A stretch of DNA of 51,280 nucleotides from Kiritimatiellia bacterium (lineage in GTDB: Bacteria; Verrucomicrobiota; Kiritimatiellia; RFP12; JAAYLN01). Positions 8,480 through 18,106 of the stretch are shown here, in pieces (within the stretch, counting starts at the first letter, position 1; each line of letters begins with the position of its first letter). The notes under the pieces are model-generated. The model was not told where the DNA came from. It saw only the letters and a list, made by a program, of their open reading frames with translations, and did no database searches. The stretch covers positions 1 through 51,280 of the forward strand of contig JAGCUY010000084.1 in NCBI GenBank assembly GCA_017962605.1. Reading direction: 5' to 3'. The position numbers and the translations under genes were made by a program.

Positions 8480-8884
8480 ATGTGGAACTATACTGAAAAG
8501 ACCCTCGACCACTTCCGCAACCCGCGCAACGTTGGCAAGGTGGAAAATCCCGACGGCGAGGGAACCGTTGGATCGCTCGCCTGCGGAGACGCCCTTTCGC
8601 TCTCGTTCAAGCTTGACGCGGAGGGGCGCATCGCCGACGTAAAGTTCCAGACTTTCGGCTGCGCGAGCGCCATCGCATCCTCCTCCGCGCTGACGGAGAT
8701 GATCAAGGGAAAGACCCTCGAAGAGGCAGAGAAGATCACAAACAAGGACATCGCCGACTACCTCGGCGGCCTCCCGCCGCAGAAGATGCACTGCTCGGTG
8801 ATGGGCCGCGAGGCGCTTGAGGCCGCCATCAAGAACTACCGGACTGGCGAGAAGGTCGTCCGCAACGTGAAGGCGGTGCCATGA
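8480..8884 (+). CDS. nifU: Fe-S cluster scaffold protein NifU/IscU (N-terminal domain type)
   Basis: [42 protein letters not shown] and [14 protein letters not shown] are the three conserved Cys motifs of IscU/NifU. Confidence 0.9.
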   Translation: MWNYTEKTLDHFRNPRNVGKVENPDGEGTVGSLACGDALSLSFKLDAEGRIADVKFQTFGCASAIASSSALTEMIKGKTLEEAEKITNKDIADYLGGLPPQKMHCSVMGREALEAAIKNYRTGEKVVRNVKAVP

Positions 8885-10050
8885 TGAGCGGAGGTCCCAT
8901 CGCCTACCTCGACAACAACGCCACGACGATGCCCGCGCCGGAAGTCGTCGAGGCGATGCTCCCCTTTTTCACGGAGAAGTGGGGCAACCCTTCGAGCATG
9001 CACCTCTTCGGCGGCGAGGTGATGCGCTATGTCGATGAAGCCCGCGCCCGCGTCGCGGCATTCATCGGCGCGACTCCCGAGGAAATAATCTTTACCTCCT
9101 GCGCGACGGAATCCGACAACGCCGCCATCTTCGGCGCGGCCGGAGCGCTTGGTCCGGAGACGACGCTCATCACCTCGAAGGTGGAGCATCCCGCAGTGCT
9201 TGGCCCGCTTCGCCACCTCACAAAGACACGCGGCCACAGGCTCGTCGAGATTGGCGTGGACGGCGGCGGCAACCTCGACATGTCCGCCTACGCGGAGGCC
9301 CTGGCCCAGCCGGGGCCGAAGGCCGTCTTCATCATGTGGGCCAACAACGAGACTGGCGTGATCTTCGACATGCCTGAAATCGCCCGCATGGCGAAGGAGG
9401 CAGGGGCCTTCATCCACACCGACGCCGTCCAGGCGGCAGGCAAGATTCCCCTCGACGTATCGAAGGTGCCGGTTGACACCCTCGCCTTTGCCGGACACAA
9501 GATCCACGCGCCAAAAGGGGTTGGCGTCCTCTACGCGCGGCGCGGCACGCGTCTGGCACCCTACATGATAGGCGGCCACCAGGAACGCGGCAAGCGCGGC
9601 GGCACGGAGAACGTCCCATACATCGTGGGGCTGGCCAAGGCGTGCGACCTCGCGGCGCGGCACCTTGCGGACGCGCCGGCGGTGGCGCGGCTGCGCGACA
9701 AGCTAGAACAGGGCATTCTGGCCACATGCCCCGGGGCAAGCGTCAATGGCGACCGTGAGAAGAGGGTTCCTAACACCACCAACATCAGCTTCGAGTTCAT
9801 CGAAGGCGAGGCGCTGATCTACCACCTTTCCGACAAGGGCATCTGCGCCTCATCCGGTTCGGCCTGCTCATCCGACTCGTTGGAGCCCTCGCATGTGATC
9901 AGGGCGATGGGAGTCCCGTTCACCAAAGCGCACGGGGCGCTGCGCTTCAGCCTAAGCCGCTACACCACCGAAGCCGAGATCGACCACGTTCTGGCGGAAA
10001 TGCCGGGAATCGTCGCGCGCCTCCGCTCCCTCTCCCCCTTCGTTCCCTGA
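8881..10050 (+). CDS. nifS: Cysteine desulfurase NifS/IscS (PLP-dependent, class V aminotransferase)
   Basis: The PLP lysine sits in [17 protein letters not shown] and the active-site Cys in SSGSACSS. There is a 4-nt overlap with nifU. Confidence 0.9.
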   Translation: MMSGGPIAYLDNNATTMPAPEVVEAMLPFFTEKWGNPSSMHLFGGEVMRYVDEARARVAAFIGATPEEIIFTSCATESDNAAIFGAAGALGPETTLITSKVEHPAVLGPLRHLTKTRGHRLVEIGVDGGGNLDMSAYAEALAQPGPKAVFIMWANNETGVIFDMPEIARMAKEAGAFIHTDAVQAAGKIPLDVSKVPVDTLAFAGHKIHAPKGVGVLYARRGTRLAPYMIGGHQERGKRGGTENVPYIVGLAKACDLAARHLADAPAVARLRDKLEQGILATCPGASVNGDREKRVPNTTNISFEFIEGEALIYHLSDKGICASSGSACSSDSLEPSHVIRAMGVPFTKAHGALRFSLSRYTTEAEIDHVLAEMPGIVARLRSLSPFVP

Positions 10051-10054
10051 GAAC

Positions 10055-10492
10055 TTGCGGGAGTTGCGGGAAATGGCGAAAGGGTGTATTATTCCCTGCA
10101 TGGACAAGAAGAAGGAAAAGGCCGGGGAATCGGCGAAGGGCAAGCGCAAGCGGCTGCGGCGCGGCGCAGGGCCAATGATGGCCCAGGCGAGGCGCGACCT
10201 GGCCCTCGCCTTCTCGCGCCTAGGCTCCGCGCAGGAGGTCGAGCAGGCTTTTATCGACTTCCTCACCGCTTCCGAACTGCGCGACCTCCAGGCGCGCTGG
10301 CTGATTTTCAAGATGCTGGAAGAGGGCGTCACGCAGCGCGAAATATCGCGCATCCTCGGCGTGAGCCTATGCAAGATAACGCGCGGCTCGCGCTTCCTGA
10401 AGTCGCCCAGGACAATCGTCCACAGGATGCTGGCGGCAACTAGCGGTAAGCCCCGTAGCGAACAGCCAGAAGATCCGGCGGAATCTCCTTGA
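10055..10492 (+). CDS. TrpR-like YerC/YecD family DNA-binding protein. The true start is uncertain, possibly an internal Met.
   Basis: EVEQAFIDFLTASELRDLQARWLIFKMLEEGVTQREISRILGVSLCKITRGSRFLK matches the YerC/YecD Trp-repressor-like fold pattern. The 3' end overlaps the convergent helicase gene by about 50 nt. Confidence 0.55.
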   Translation: MRELREMAKGCIIPCMDKKKEKAGESAKGKRKRLRRGAGPMMAQARRDLALAFSRLGSAQEVEQAFIDFLTASELRDLQARWLIFKMLEEGVTQREISRILGVSLCKITRGSRFLKSPRTIVHRMLAATSGKPRSEQPEDPAESP

Positions 10493-12407
10493 CGAAGCGC
10501 GAGGGCTTGCAGGGCATTGTCCCGCCGTCAAAGGTCTTCCGCATGTTGGGCATGAAGATCTCCAGGTGCTTTTTGGCGCGGGTGACCGCCACGTAGAATA
10601 GGCGGCGCTCCTCGCTGTCGTCGCCCTGTTCGCCAATGGCGCGCGACGAGGGGAACATGTCCTCGTTGGCCCAGATTATGAAGACGACCGGCCATTCAAG
10701 CCCCTTGGCCTGGTGGACGGTGCTCAGGCGGATGACGTCCCTTCCCTCGGCCTCGGCGCGCCCCACCTCCGTTTCGGCGTTGGTGTTCAGGGCGACCGTC
10801 TGGAGGAACTCGCGCAGTGATTTGCACTGCCCAATCTGGACGCCGACTTCGGAGATGTCGTCGATGCGCTCGTCCGGATTGTCGAAGTTCTTCTCAAGGT
10901 AGGCCTGGTAGAAGTTGTCGATAAAGCCTGAGGCCAGTCCGGGCACATCCTCGACGCCTGACTTGGCGACCTTCTCGAAATAGCGGGCGATGAGGGCGGA
11001 AATCGGCTTCCAAGCCTCGCGTGGCGCCGCTGGCAGGGCCTCGAGGACGCGCATGCGCCCCTCTTCGGTGCTGAGGTCGCAGACGCGCCCCAGGCGCTCC
11101 CAGAGCTTCTCCGCAGTCTTCTGCCCCAGCTTGGGCAGAAGCAGGAAGAGGCGCTCGAAAGATATGGCGTCGCGGGGGTCGTCAATGAGGTGCAGGAGCG
11201 CCATGAAGTCCTTGACGTGCGCCGTCTCGAATACGCCGACGCCCGAGGTGATCAGGAAGGGGAGGCGCGACTTCGACATCAGCATCTGGAGGTCGATGGA
11301 CTGGTAGTGGCTCCTGTAGAGGACGGCGATGTCCGAATACCTGAAGCCCATGTCGAGGAAGTTGCGGATCTGCTTGACGACCTCGACGGACTGAGAGACG
11401 CCGTCGTGGACGCGGAAGACTGCGGGCTTGGAGCCGTGGCTGCGGGTCGCCTTCAGCTGCTTGTCGAACTGGTCGCGGTTGTGGGCGATGCTGGCGTTGG
11501 CGACGTCGAGGATTTCGGGGGTGCTCCTGTAGTTGCGCTCAAGCTTGACTATCTTCGCGCCGGGGTAGCGGCGGGGGAAGTCCATGATGTTGCGGAAGTC
11601 AGCGCCGCGCCAGGTGTAGATGCACTGGAAGTCGTCGCCGACCGCCGTGACATTGCCGCCCTCGCCGAGGAGATCGACGAGCTTCGACTGGACGGTGTTG
11701 GTGTCCTGATATTCGTCGACGAGGATGTAGCGGAACTTGCGCCGGTAGTAGTCGAGAACCTCGGGCTTGGCCTCGAAGAGGCGTAGGCAGTTCACTAGGA
11801 GGTCGTCGAAGTCCATGGCGCCGACGTCGAACTTGATGCGCTCGTATGCCTCGTGGACGGCTATGATGGCCTGGTGGTCCTGTGGATGGGAATCGTATTT
11901 CTCGATGAGGACCTCCTCAAGCGGGAGGCAGCGGTTTGCGGCGTTGCCGAAGAAGGAGGCGAGGACGTCGCGCTTCGGGAAGTTGTCGCCGCCGACGCCC
12001 ACCTCCGCCATCGCCTTGGCGATAAGGGAGCGGCTGTCCGTCCTGTCGGCGATGGCGAAGTTCTCGCGGTAGCCGAGGACGGCGGCGTTGGTGCGCAGGA
12101 TGCGGTTGCAGACATGGTGGAAGGTCCCGCTCCAGACGCTGCCAACCGATGGGCCTACGACGGTGCGGGCGCGCTCGAGCATCTCGTTTGCGGCCTTGTT
12201 GGTAAAGGTGAGGAGGAGAATAGAGGAGGGCTCCACGCCGCGCTCCACCAAGTGCGCCACGCGATAGACGAGGGTCTGGGTCTTGCCGGTTCCGGCCGCA
12301 GCGAGGATAAGCAGCGGGCCGTCGCCCGCCGTGGCGGCCTCCAGCTGCTCCGGATTCAGAATCTTTTCCAAGTCCTCGAGCATTACGCCGCTACCTCGCC
12401 ACGACAA
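10440..12407 (-). CDS. UvrD/PcrA/Rep-family DNA helicase
   Basis: The N-terminus has LNPEQLEAATAGDGPLLILAAAGTGKTQTLVYRVAHLV (Walker A) and LLLTFTNKAANEM. Canonical SF1 helicase motifs are present throughout. Confidence 0.85.
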   Translation of the reverse strand: MSWRGSGVMLEDLEKILNPEQLEAATAGDGPLLILAAAGTGKTQTLVYRVAHLVERGVEPSSILLLTFTNKAANEMLERARTVVGPSVGSVWSGTFHHVCNRILRTNAAVLGYRENFAIADRTDSRSLIAKAMAEVGVGGDNFPKRDVLASFFGNAANRCLPLEEVLIEKYDSHPQDHQAIIAVHEAYERIKFDVGAMDFDDLLVNCLRLFEAKPEVLDYYRRKFRYILVDEYQDTNTVQSKLVDLLGEGGNVTAVGDDFQCIYTWRGADFRNIMDFPRRYPGAKIVKLERNYRSTPEILDVANASIAHNRDQFDKQLKATRSHGSKPAVFRVHDGVSQSVEVVKQIRNFLDMGFRYSDIAVLYRSHYQSIDLQMLMSKSRLPFLITSGVGVFETAHVKDFMALLHLIDDPRDAISFERLFLLLPKLGQKTAEKLWERLGRVCDLSTEEGRMRVLEALPAAPREAWKPISALIARYFEKVAKSGVEDVPGLASGFIDNFYQAYLEKNFDNPDERIDDISEVGVQIGQCKSLREFLQTVALNTNAETEVGRAEAEGRDVIRLSTVHQAKGLEWPVVFIIWANEDMFPSSRAIGEQGDDSEERRLFYVAVTRAKKHLEIFMPNMRKTFDGGTMPCKPSRFVKEIPPDLLAVRYGAYR

Positions 12408-14295
12408 TTTCCATCGCCCTCACGGCGCGGCTCTCAATTGAGAATGAAATCGACGTGGAGTCGGGCGCCACCACGCTGGAAATGCGGATGTCGATGAAGT
12501 CGTCGCTGTAGCGCTGGCCAAAGTATGCGTCGTTGATGGTCGTCTGGGTGTCGCCCATGTCTATGCCGTATTCCTGCTCGATGTGCGAGGCGATCTTCGA
12601 CACGACCTTCTTCGCCCTTTCGGCCTTGATAACCTCGCCGTTTCTCTCGAATGTGAGGCCGGAAATGCGCCGGCCGCCCTCGGTGTCCACCAGCGTAATG
12701 CGCACCTGCGGGAAGACCTTGTAGATTGGCTCCGCCAGCTCGACTTCAAAGATGCGGCCGTCGAGGCCGACCTTGCCAACGGTGTTGGTAGTGGTGCCGA
12801 ACACGATTGGGTCGCCTTCCTTCGGCGTCTCCGCGATCACCCTGCCGAACTCGATTCCCTGGAACTGCGAGAAGCGGCCGAGCTCCTCGGCGGTGAAGGT
12901 CTTGCGAACCGGCGCGTTGGCCAGCTCGATGTTGGTCTTGCCGCCAAGCGACGCGAAGAGAATCACCGCAACGGCGATGACCACAATGCCGGCAAGCGCC
13001 CAGAGGGCCTTGCGGGCGGCCGCCCTTGCCTGCTCCTCCTTGAAGGCGGCATCCGCTATTTCAAGGCGCTCGTAAGCCTCGCGCTGGCGCCGCCGGCGAT
13101 GCTCCACCGCATCGAGCCGCTTCTTGCGCGCCTCGATCTCCTCAGGCGTCGGCACCTTCCTGCGCGCCTTGACAGGCACCGGTGGCGTCCGCTGCTGGCG
13201 GTGACGCTGCTGCGCGCCAGGAGGCATCGCCCCTGGCGGCGGCATGACGCCGGGGGGCAGCCCGTCAGGCGGAAAGACGCCGGGAGGCACTGCGCCAGGC
13301 GGCGGAATCACTCCAGGCAGGACACGGATCGGCGAAGGCCGTTCCTGCGCGGGTGCGACGCCCTCTCCTGCCCTGCCCTGCCCTTGCGGCGCCGGCGGCC
13401 TCCTGGCCTTCGAGACCTTCACCGCCACGGCAGAAACAACCTCCGGCATCTCCACCTGCGGCATGTCGCCGGCCATGAGCTCCGCGCACGTCGCCGGCCT
13501 CTCGGCAGGGTTCTTCGACAGCGCCCGCATCACAGCCCGCGTAAATGGAGTCTCCGGCTCAAGCGGCTCCGCCGCGCCGTGCATAACTTGATATTCGACC
13601 TGCCCTCGGTAGAATGGCGGGTGCCCCGCCATGCTCTCGTAGGCAATAGCCGCAAAGGAGTAGATGTCCTGGGCCGCAGTAGGCGCCTCGCCCATCAGCT
13701 GTTCGGGCGACATCCACGAAACTGCGCCTGCGGCCGCGCCGCCACGAGTCCGCGCCAGGGCCTCGCGCACCGCGCCCGAAACGCAGAAGCCCACGATAGT
13801 CGGCACTGCCTCCTCGTCAACCACTATGTTGGAAGGGCGGAGGTCGCCGTGGACGATGCCCTTCTCGTGGGCATAGTCAAGCGCGCTGGCTATTGGCGCC
13901 AGCATCGCCTTTGCCTCGGCCTCGCCAAGCCGACCCCACTCGTCCAGGCACTGCGGCAGCGGGCGGCCATCCACATGGTCGAAGACGAAGAAGGGGATTG
14001 TCTCCATATCAACGAAGGCGCGCGCGGAGGCGATGCCGTCGTGGAGGAGCTTGAGGGATTCCGCAGCGGCGGCCCTGACCTCGGCCATCGTGCGGCCGCT
14101 GCCGGAGACCTCCGGCGGCATGAAGGCGAGTTCGACTTCCACGTTGTCGAGTTCGAGGTCTTGCGCGACCCAGCGCAAAAAGGCGGCCTCTCCGCCCGCC
14201 ACACGGACGAGCCGATAACGACCTGCCAAAATCTGCCCCGGACTGACTACCATATTGTTGAAAAAAACTCTTGGACATTCTACCAAATCCACCAC
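12391..14295 (-). CDS. Ser/Thr protein kinase with a Pro-rich linker, a single TM and a C-terminal extracytoplasmic domain
   Basis: Kinase subdomains are present: ILAGRYRLVRV..., catalytic loop HGDLRPSNIVVD, and SPEQ. A PPG-repeat linker precedes a hydrophobic segment ALWALAGIVVIAVAVILFASL. An alternative start at Met15 (nt 14253) is possible. Confidence 0.7.
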   Translation of the reverse strand: MVDLVECPRVFFNNMVVSPGQILAGRYRLVRVAGGEAAFLRWVAQDLELDNVEVELAFMPPEVSGSGRTMAEVRAAAAESLKLLHDGIASARAFVDMETIPFFVFDHVDGRPLPQCLDEWGRLGEAEAKAMLAPIASALDYAHEKGIVHGDLRPSNIVVDEEAVPTIVGFCVSGAVREALARTRGGAAAGAVSWMSPEQLMGEAPTAAQDIYSFAAIAYESMAGHPPFYRGQVEYQVMHGAAEPLEPETPFTRAVMRALSKNPAERPATCAELMAGDMPQVEMPEVVSAVAVKVSKARRPPAPQGQGRAGEGVAPAQERPSPIRVLPGVIPPPGAVPPGVFPPDGLPPGVMPPPGAMPPGAQQRHRQQRTPPVPVKARRKVPTPEEIEARKKRLDAVEHRRRRQREAYERLEIADAAFKEEQARAAARKALWALAGIVVIAVAVILFASLGGKTNIELANAPVRKTFTAEELGRFSQFQGIEFGRVIAETPKEGDPIVFGTTTNTVGKVGLDGRIFEVELAEPIYKVFPQVRITLVDTEGGRRISGLTFERNGEVIKAERAKKVVSKIASHIEQEYGIDMGDTQTTINDAYFGQRYSDDFIDIRISSVVAPDSTSISFSIESRAVRAMEIVVAR

Positions 14296-14360
14296 TCACT
14301 TGCCAGTTCCTTGCAATTTGGCGCGGAATGTGCGATGATTGTGTAGTTGAAAAGAGGACA

Positions 14361-15320
14361 ATGCAAATGGTTTCAGATGCCAGAATCAAACTTGAATTGA
14401 ACAACGCGCTTGGCGGAACGGACTTCGCCGTCGGCAAGCGAATCAGCGGCAAGGTGCGCGACAGCTACCTGCTGCCAGGCGGCCGCCGCGCCCTCGTCAC
14501 GACCGACCGCGTCTCCGCCTTCGACCGCATCCTCGGCACCATCCCCTTCAAGGGCCAGGTGCTGAACCAGATCGCCGCATACTGGTTCGAGGCAACGAAG
14601 GACATTGTTCCGAACCACGTCATCTCAACGCCCGATCCCAACGTCATGGTCGTCGCCGAATGCGAGCAGCTCCCGCTGGAGTTCATCGTACGCGGCTACA
14701 TCACCGGCGTGACCGAGACATCAGCCTGGACGAACTACGCCCGCGGCGCCCGCGTCATCTGCGGCAACAAGCTTCCCGACGGACTCCGCAAGGACCAGAA
14801 GCTCGAGCGCCCAATCCTCACCCCCACCACCAAGCACGAAGTCCACGACCGCAACATCTCCCGCGACGAGGCAATCTCCGAGGGCCTCATCTCGCCGGAA
14901 CTCTTCGACGAGGCCGCGGCGGTCTGCTTCAAGATGTTCGAGGCGGGGACGCGCGAGGCCGCCAAGCGCGGGCTGATCCTCGTGGACACCAAATACGAGC
15001 TGGGCCTCCTCAACGGCAAGCTCGTCGTTTCTGATGAAATCCACACCCCCGACTCCTCCCGCTACTGGTATGCCGACACCTACGAAGAGCTCTTCGCCAA
15101 GGGCGAGCCGCAGCGCAAACTCGACAAGGAATACGTGCGCGAGTGGCTTGCGGCGCGCGGCTTCCGGGGCGAGGGCGAACCGCCCGCGCTGACCGACGAG
15201 GTGCGCATCGAGGCGGCCAAGCGCTACATCACCGCCTACGAGCTCATCACCGGCCGCGACTTCATCCCCGCCGAGGGCGCGATCGCGCCCCGCGTTGAGG
15301 CCGCCCTAAAAAAACTCTAG
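14361..15320 (+). CDS. purC: Phosphoribosylaminoimidazole-succinocarboxamide synthase (SAICAR synthetase, PurC)
   Basis: [41 protein letters not shown] matches the PurC signature. Start was chosen at ATG 14361, with RBS aaagagga 8 nt upstream. Confidence 0.85.
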   Translation: MQMVSDARIKLELNNALGGTDFAVGKRISGKVRDSYLLPGGRRALVTTDRVSAFDRILGTIPFKGQVLNQIAAYWFEATKDIVPNHVISTPDPNVMVVAECEQLPLEFIVRGYITGVTETSAWTNYARGARVICGNKLPDGLRKDQKLERPILTPTTKHEVHDRNISRDEAISEGLISPELFDEAAAVCFKMFEAGTREAAKRGLILVDTKYELGLLNGKLVVSDEIHTPDSSRYWYADTYEELFAKGEPQRKLDKEYVREWLAARGFRGEGEPPALTDEVRIEAAKRYITAYELITGRDFIPAEGAIAPRVEAALKKL

Positions 15321-15350
15321 AACCGCTAGTAGTTCTAGAAGCGCTAGAAC
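15317..15350 (+). promoter_or_regulatory. Triple CTAGAAC / GTTCTAG / CTAGAAC alternating palindromes spanning the purC stop codon. They could be an intergenic stem-loop or an operator between purC and gspG.
   Basis: The sequence ctagaaccgctagtagttctagaagcgctagaac forms two alternative 7-bp stem hairpins. No T-tract follows. Confidence 0.35.
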
Positions 15351-15375
15351 TGGCAACCTTTAAGGAGAAAAAGCA

Positions 15376-15807
15376 ATGCAAAAACACACCGCCACCAACG
15401 AAGCCGCCACCCGCATCGTCCGCGCCGCCCGCGAGGGCTTCACGCTCATCGAGCTCCTGCTCGTCATCGCCATCCTGGGCATCCTGGCGACCATCGTCGT
15501 GCCGAACATCGCCGGCAAGCCCGAAGAGGCGAAGATCGCCGCAGCGCGCTCCTCTATTGGCGGCATCATCACCGCCGTCCAGGCCTACGAAGTGTCCGCC
15601 GGGAAGATGCCCGACAGCCTCGACGACCTGACCGTCGAAACAGAGAACCGCGCCGCCCTCCTCAGCAAGTCCAAGCTGCTCGACCCCTGGGGCACCGAAT
15701 ACAAGTTCACCAAGAAGACGAAATTCACCTTCGAGGTGCGCTCCGCCGGCCCTGACGGCAACATGAACAGCGAGGACGACATCTACGACACCAATGGCGG
15801 CAACTAG
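15376..15807 (+). CDS. gspG: Type II secretion major pseudopilin GspG
   Basis: The prepilin leader plus GFTLIELLLVIAILGILATIVVPN is followed by the GspG-typical LLDPWGTEYKF...SAGPDG. RBS aaggag sits upstream. Confidence 0.8.
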   Translation: MQKHTATNEAATRIVRAAREGFTLIELLLVIAILGILATIVVPNIAGKPEEAKIAAARSSIGGIITAVQAYEVSAGKMPDSLDDLTVETENRAALLSKSKLLDPWGTEYKFTKKTKFTFEVRSAGPDGNMNSEDDIYDTNGGN

Positions 15808-15865
15808 CCCGCAGGGAAATGGCGCAGACCGATGCTCGCGCCCTTCTATTGGAGGTGCGCGGCAA

Positions 15866-16690
15866 GTGGCCGCGCACACATGCGCGGGTTTCACTCTCAT
15901 TGAACTTCTTGTGGTCATCGCGATCGTCCTCGCGCTGGCCGTAGCCATTGTGCCAAACATCGGCGCCGGCATCTCCGGCACGCAGCTTTCCACGGCCTCG
16001 CGCAGCATCCTCCAGGCGGCGCGCTACGCCCGCACCATGGCTATCCTCCACCAAATTGAAACCGAACTTGTCCTAGTCTCGGCGGCAGAGGGGGCGCGTC
16101 TCGGAGCCTCCAGCGACGGCAAGCCTGACCCACGGGGCGCTCGCATCGAGGTGCGGATTGCAGAGGAGACAATGCGCCAAGCCCGCGCCGATGCCACCGA
16201 AGCCGATGCCGACGCGACCGCAACAGATGAAGGCGAGAGCGACGAAGCCGCCGGCTCCTTCGCGGAAGACGAGGAAGGCATCCCGTTGTCGGGCATCGCG
16301 GCCGGCGTGGCCTCCACTGGAGCCGCCCTGGGAGACCTCGCCGCCGAAGTCCACGCCACATTCCCCTGCGGAACCGTTGCCTTTGAGTTCGTGCGCTTCA
16401 CCGACGAGGACGAGGAGGAAGACCCAGACTCCGAAGTCCTCCGCCGGGCGCAGGAGGCCGCCACCGGCAAGGCTAAGTCGGATAGCGACGGCTTCGACGA
16501 CGAGGAAGGCGCCACGGACGAAGACGACGCGTCTGACCGCACCATATCATTCCTCTTCGACAGCGACGGCATCTGCCGTCCATTCGACCTACTGCTGAAG
16601 GACTCCCCCGACGCCGACGAGTCCGAATCCCTGACAATCTCCATCGACCGCTGGGGGCGCGGCAAAATAGAGGGGCGCGACGATGACTAA
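15866..16690 (+). CDS. Pseudopilin (GspH-like) with prepilin-type N-terminus and a strongly acidic (D/E-rich) C-terminal half. A GTG start is proposed.
   Basis: AGFTLIELLVVIAIVLALAVAIVPN is a class III signal. No in-frame ATG lies near the motif, so GTG 15866 is proposed, giving leader MAAHTCAG|FTLIEL. Confidence 0.55.
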   Translation: MAAHTCAGFTLIELLVVIAIVLALAVAIVPNIGAGISGTQLSTASRSILQAARYARTMAILHQIETELVLVSAAEGARLGASSDGKPDPRGARIEVRIAEETMRQARADATEADADATATDEGESDEAAGSFAEDEEGIPLSGIAAGVASTGAALGDLAAEVHATFPCGTVAFEFVRFTDEDEEEDPDSEVLRRAQEAATGKAKSDSDGFDDEEGATDEDDASDRTISFLFDSDGICRPFDLLLKDSPDADESESLTISIDRWGRGKIEGRDDD

Positions 16691-17129
16691 CCCCCCGCGC
16701 AAAGACGGCGGATTCTCGCTGATCGAAGTCCTCATCGCCACGGCGATCCTGGCCGTCGGCCTCCTTGCCGTATTCTCCGCGCTCTCCCCTGCCCTGGCCG
16801 TATTCCAAGCCTCCAAGCGCCTCCAGGAAATCCAGTGGGTGATGGCGCTCGGCGAACTCAAGCACCCGGTCGCGGGCTTCAGTGAGCTCGAGGATCTCGT
16901 AATCGAGGAGGACGACGAACTGGCCATTGACGACGAGAAGCTCGGCGAGGGATTTGTCTTTTCGCGGGAGATCGACGAGAAGATACTTGAAGACGATGAA
17001 GACAAGCAATACGACGACGGCATATATGTGATGCGCACCAAAATCGCCTGGGGCGAAGGCGACGAGGAATGCGAGGAATTCGTGCAGCTGGTCTGGAAGA
17101 AGGACGCGGGAGGCTACGAGAAGAAATGA
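16683..17129 (+). CDS. Pseudopilin (GspI-like) with prepilin-type N-terminus
   Basis: GGFSLIEVLIATAILAVGLL is present. The start ATGA overlaps the previous stop. Confidence 0.6.
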   Translation: MTNPPRKDGGFSLIEVLIATAILAVGLLAVFSALSPALAVFQASKRLQEIQWVMALGELKHPVAGFSELEDLVIEEDDELAIDDEKLGEGFVFSREIDEKILEDDEDKQYDDGIYVMRTKIAWGEGDEECEEFVQLVWKKDAGGYEKK

Positions 17130-18106
17130 AGCGCTGCGGATTCACCATGATCGAGCTGCTGATCGCAATCGCCCTAACCGCGACGATCGTCACCGCCAGC
17201 ATCGTGGCCTTCTCCACCGCCAGCCGCATCTGGCGCAATGGCGCCGATGCCGCCGACGCCATCCACCACGGCGACTACGTGATGGAGCAACTGGCCTCCG
17301 CACTCCGCTCCGCATACTATCCCGACGCCACCCAGCCCAGCTCGCAGCACGGCATGGTCCTGGTGAACGACGGCAACGAAGACGAGGCCCACGACTCCCT
17401 CTCATGGGTGAAGTTCGGCTCGGCGCTCGTCGGCCGCAACTCCGGCATAGCCGACTCCCCGCACCGCATCGTCGTATATACTGTGGAAGAGGGCGAGGAG
17501 GATGACGAGGCGCTGGCCGAGGGCGGGCTTGTCGTCAAGGCGTGGCGCCTATCCGCGCAGATCGAGGACTTCGACCCCGAAGACGAGGAATACGTCAAGC
17601 CGCGCCTCCTCATGCCCGACGTCCTGGCCCTGGACTTCAAGGTCCTCGACCCAGAGGGCAACCTCGCGGAGGGGAAAGACCCCGTGCCCGACCAAGATGA
17701 CTTCGACGAGCAGGGCGGCTTTGAGTGGATTGACGAAGACTGGAAGGACGACTATACCAACCGCCTCCCCTACGCCGTGGTGGCGACCCTCTACCTGAAA
17801 CCGTCGGAGAAAGGCGCCGAGCCAATCGCGCTGCGGCGGCTGATCACGCTGCCCACGGCACCGCTATCGTGGCGCGACAAGGGCGCCGCCGGCGGCGACA
17901 CCGAAACCAGCGGCAACGAATCTGCTAACGGCAAAAACAAGAACAAGAACGAGGATGCCAACGGGAACAAGAACAAGAACGGCAACAGAAACAACGGAAA
18001 CAATGGCAACGGGAACGGAAACAACAACGGAAACAGGAACAACAACCCCAGCGAGAGAATGAGGAAGGATGACACGCGCTCTGCCAAACAGACGGGCGAG
18101 ACTTGA
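17126..18106 (+). CDS. Pseudopilin (GspJ-like) with prepilin-type N-terminus and an Asn/Gly/Lys-rich low-complexity C-terminal tail
   Basis: CGFTMIELLIAIALTATIV is present. Start was chosen at ATG 17126; the 5' part of the 17069 ORF is the 3' end of the previous gene. The tail GNGNKNKNGNRNNGNNGNGNGNNNGNRNNN is encoded by an AAC-rich repeat tract (17920-18060). Confidence 0.55.
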   Translation: MKRCGFTMIELLIAIALTATIVTASIVAFSTASRIWRNGADAADAIHHGDYVMEQLASALRSAYYPDATQPSSQHGMVLVNDGNEDEAHDSLSWVKFGSALVGRNSGIADSPHRIVVYTVEEGEEDDEALAEGGLVVKAWRLSAQIEDFDPEDEEYVKPRLLMPDVLALDFKVLDPEGNLAEGKDPVPDQDDFDEQGGFEWIDEDWKDDYTNRLPYAVVATLYLKPSEKGAEPIALRRLITLPTAPLSWRDKGAAGGDTETSGNESANGKNKNKNEDANGNKNKNGNRNNGNNGNGNGNNNGNRNNNPSERMRKDDTRSAKQTGET

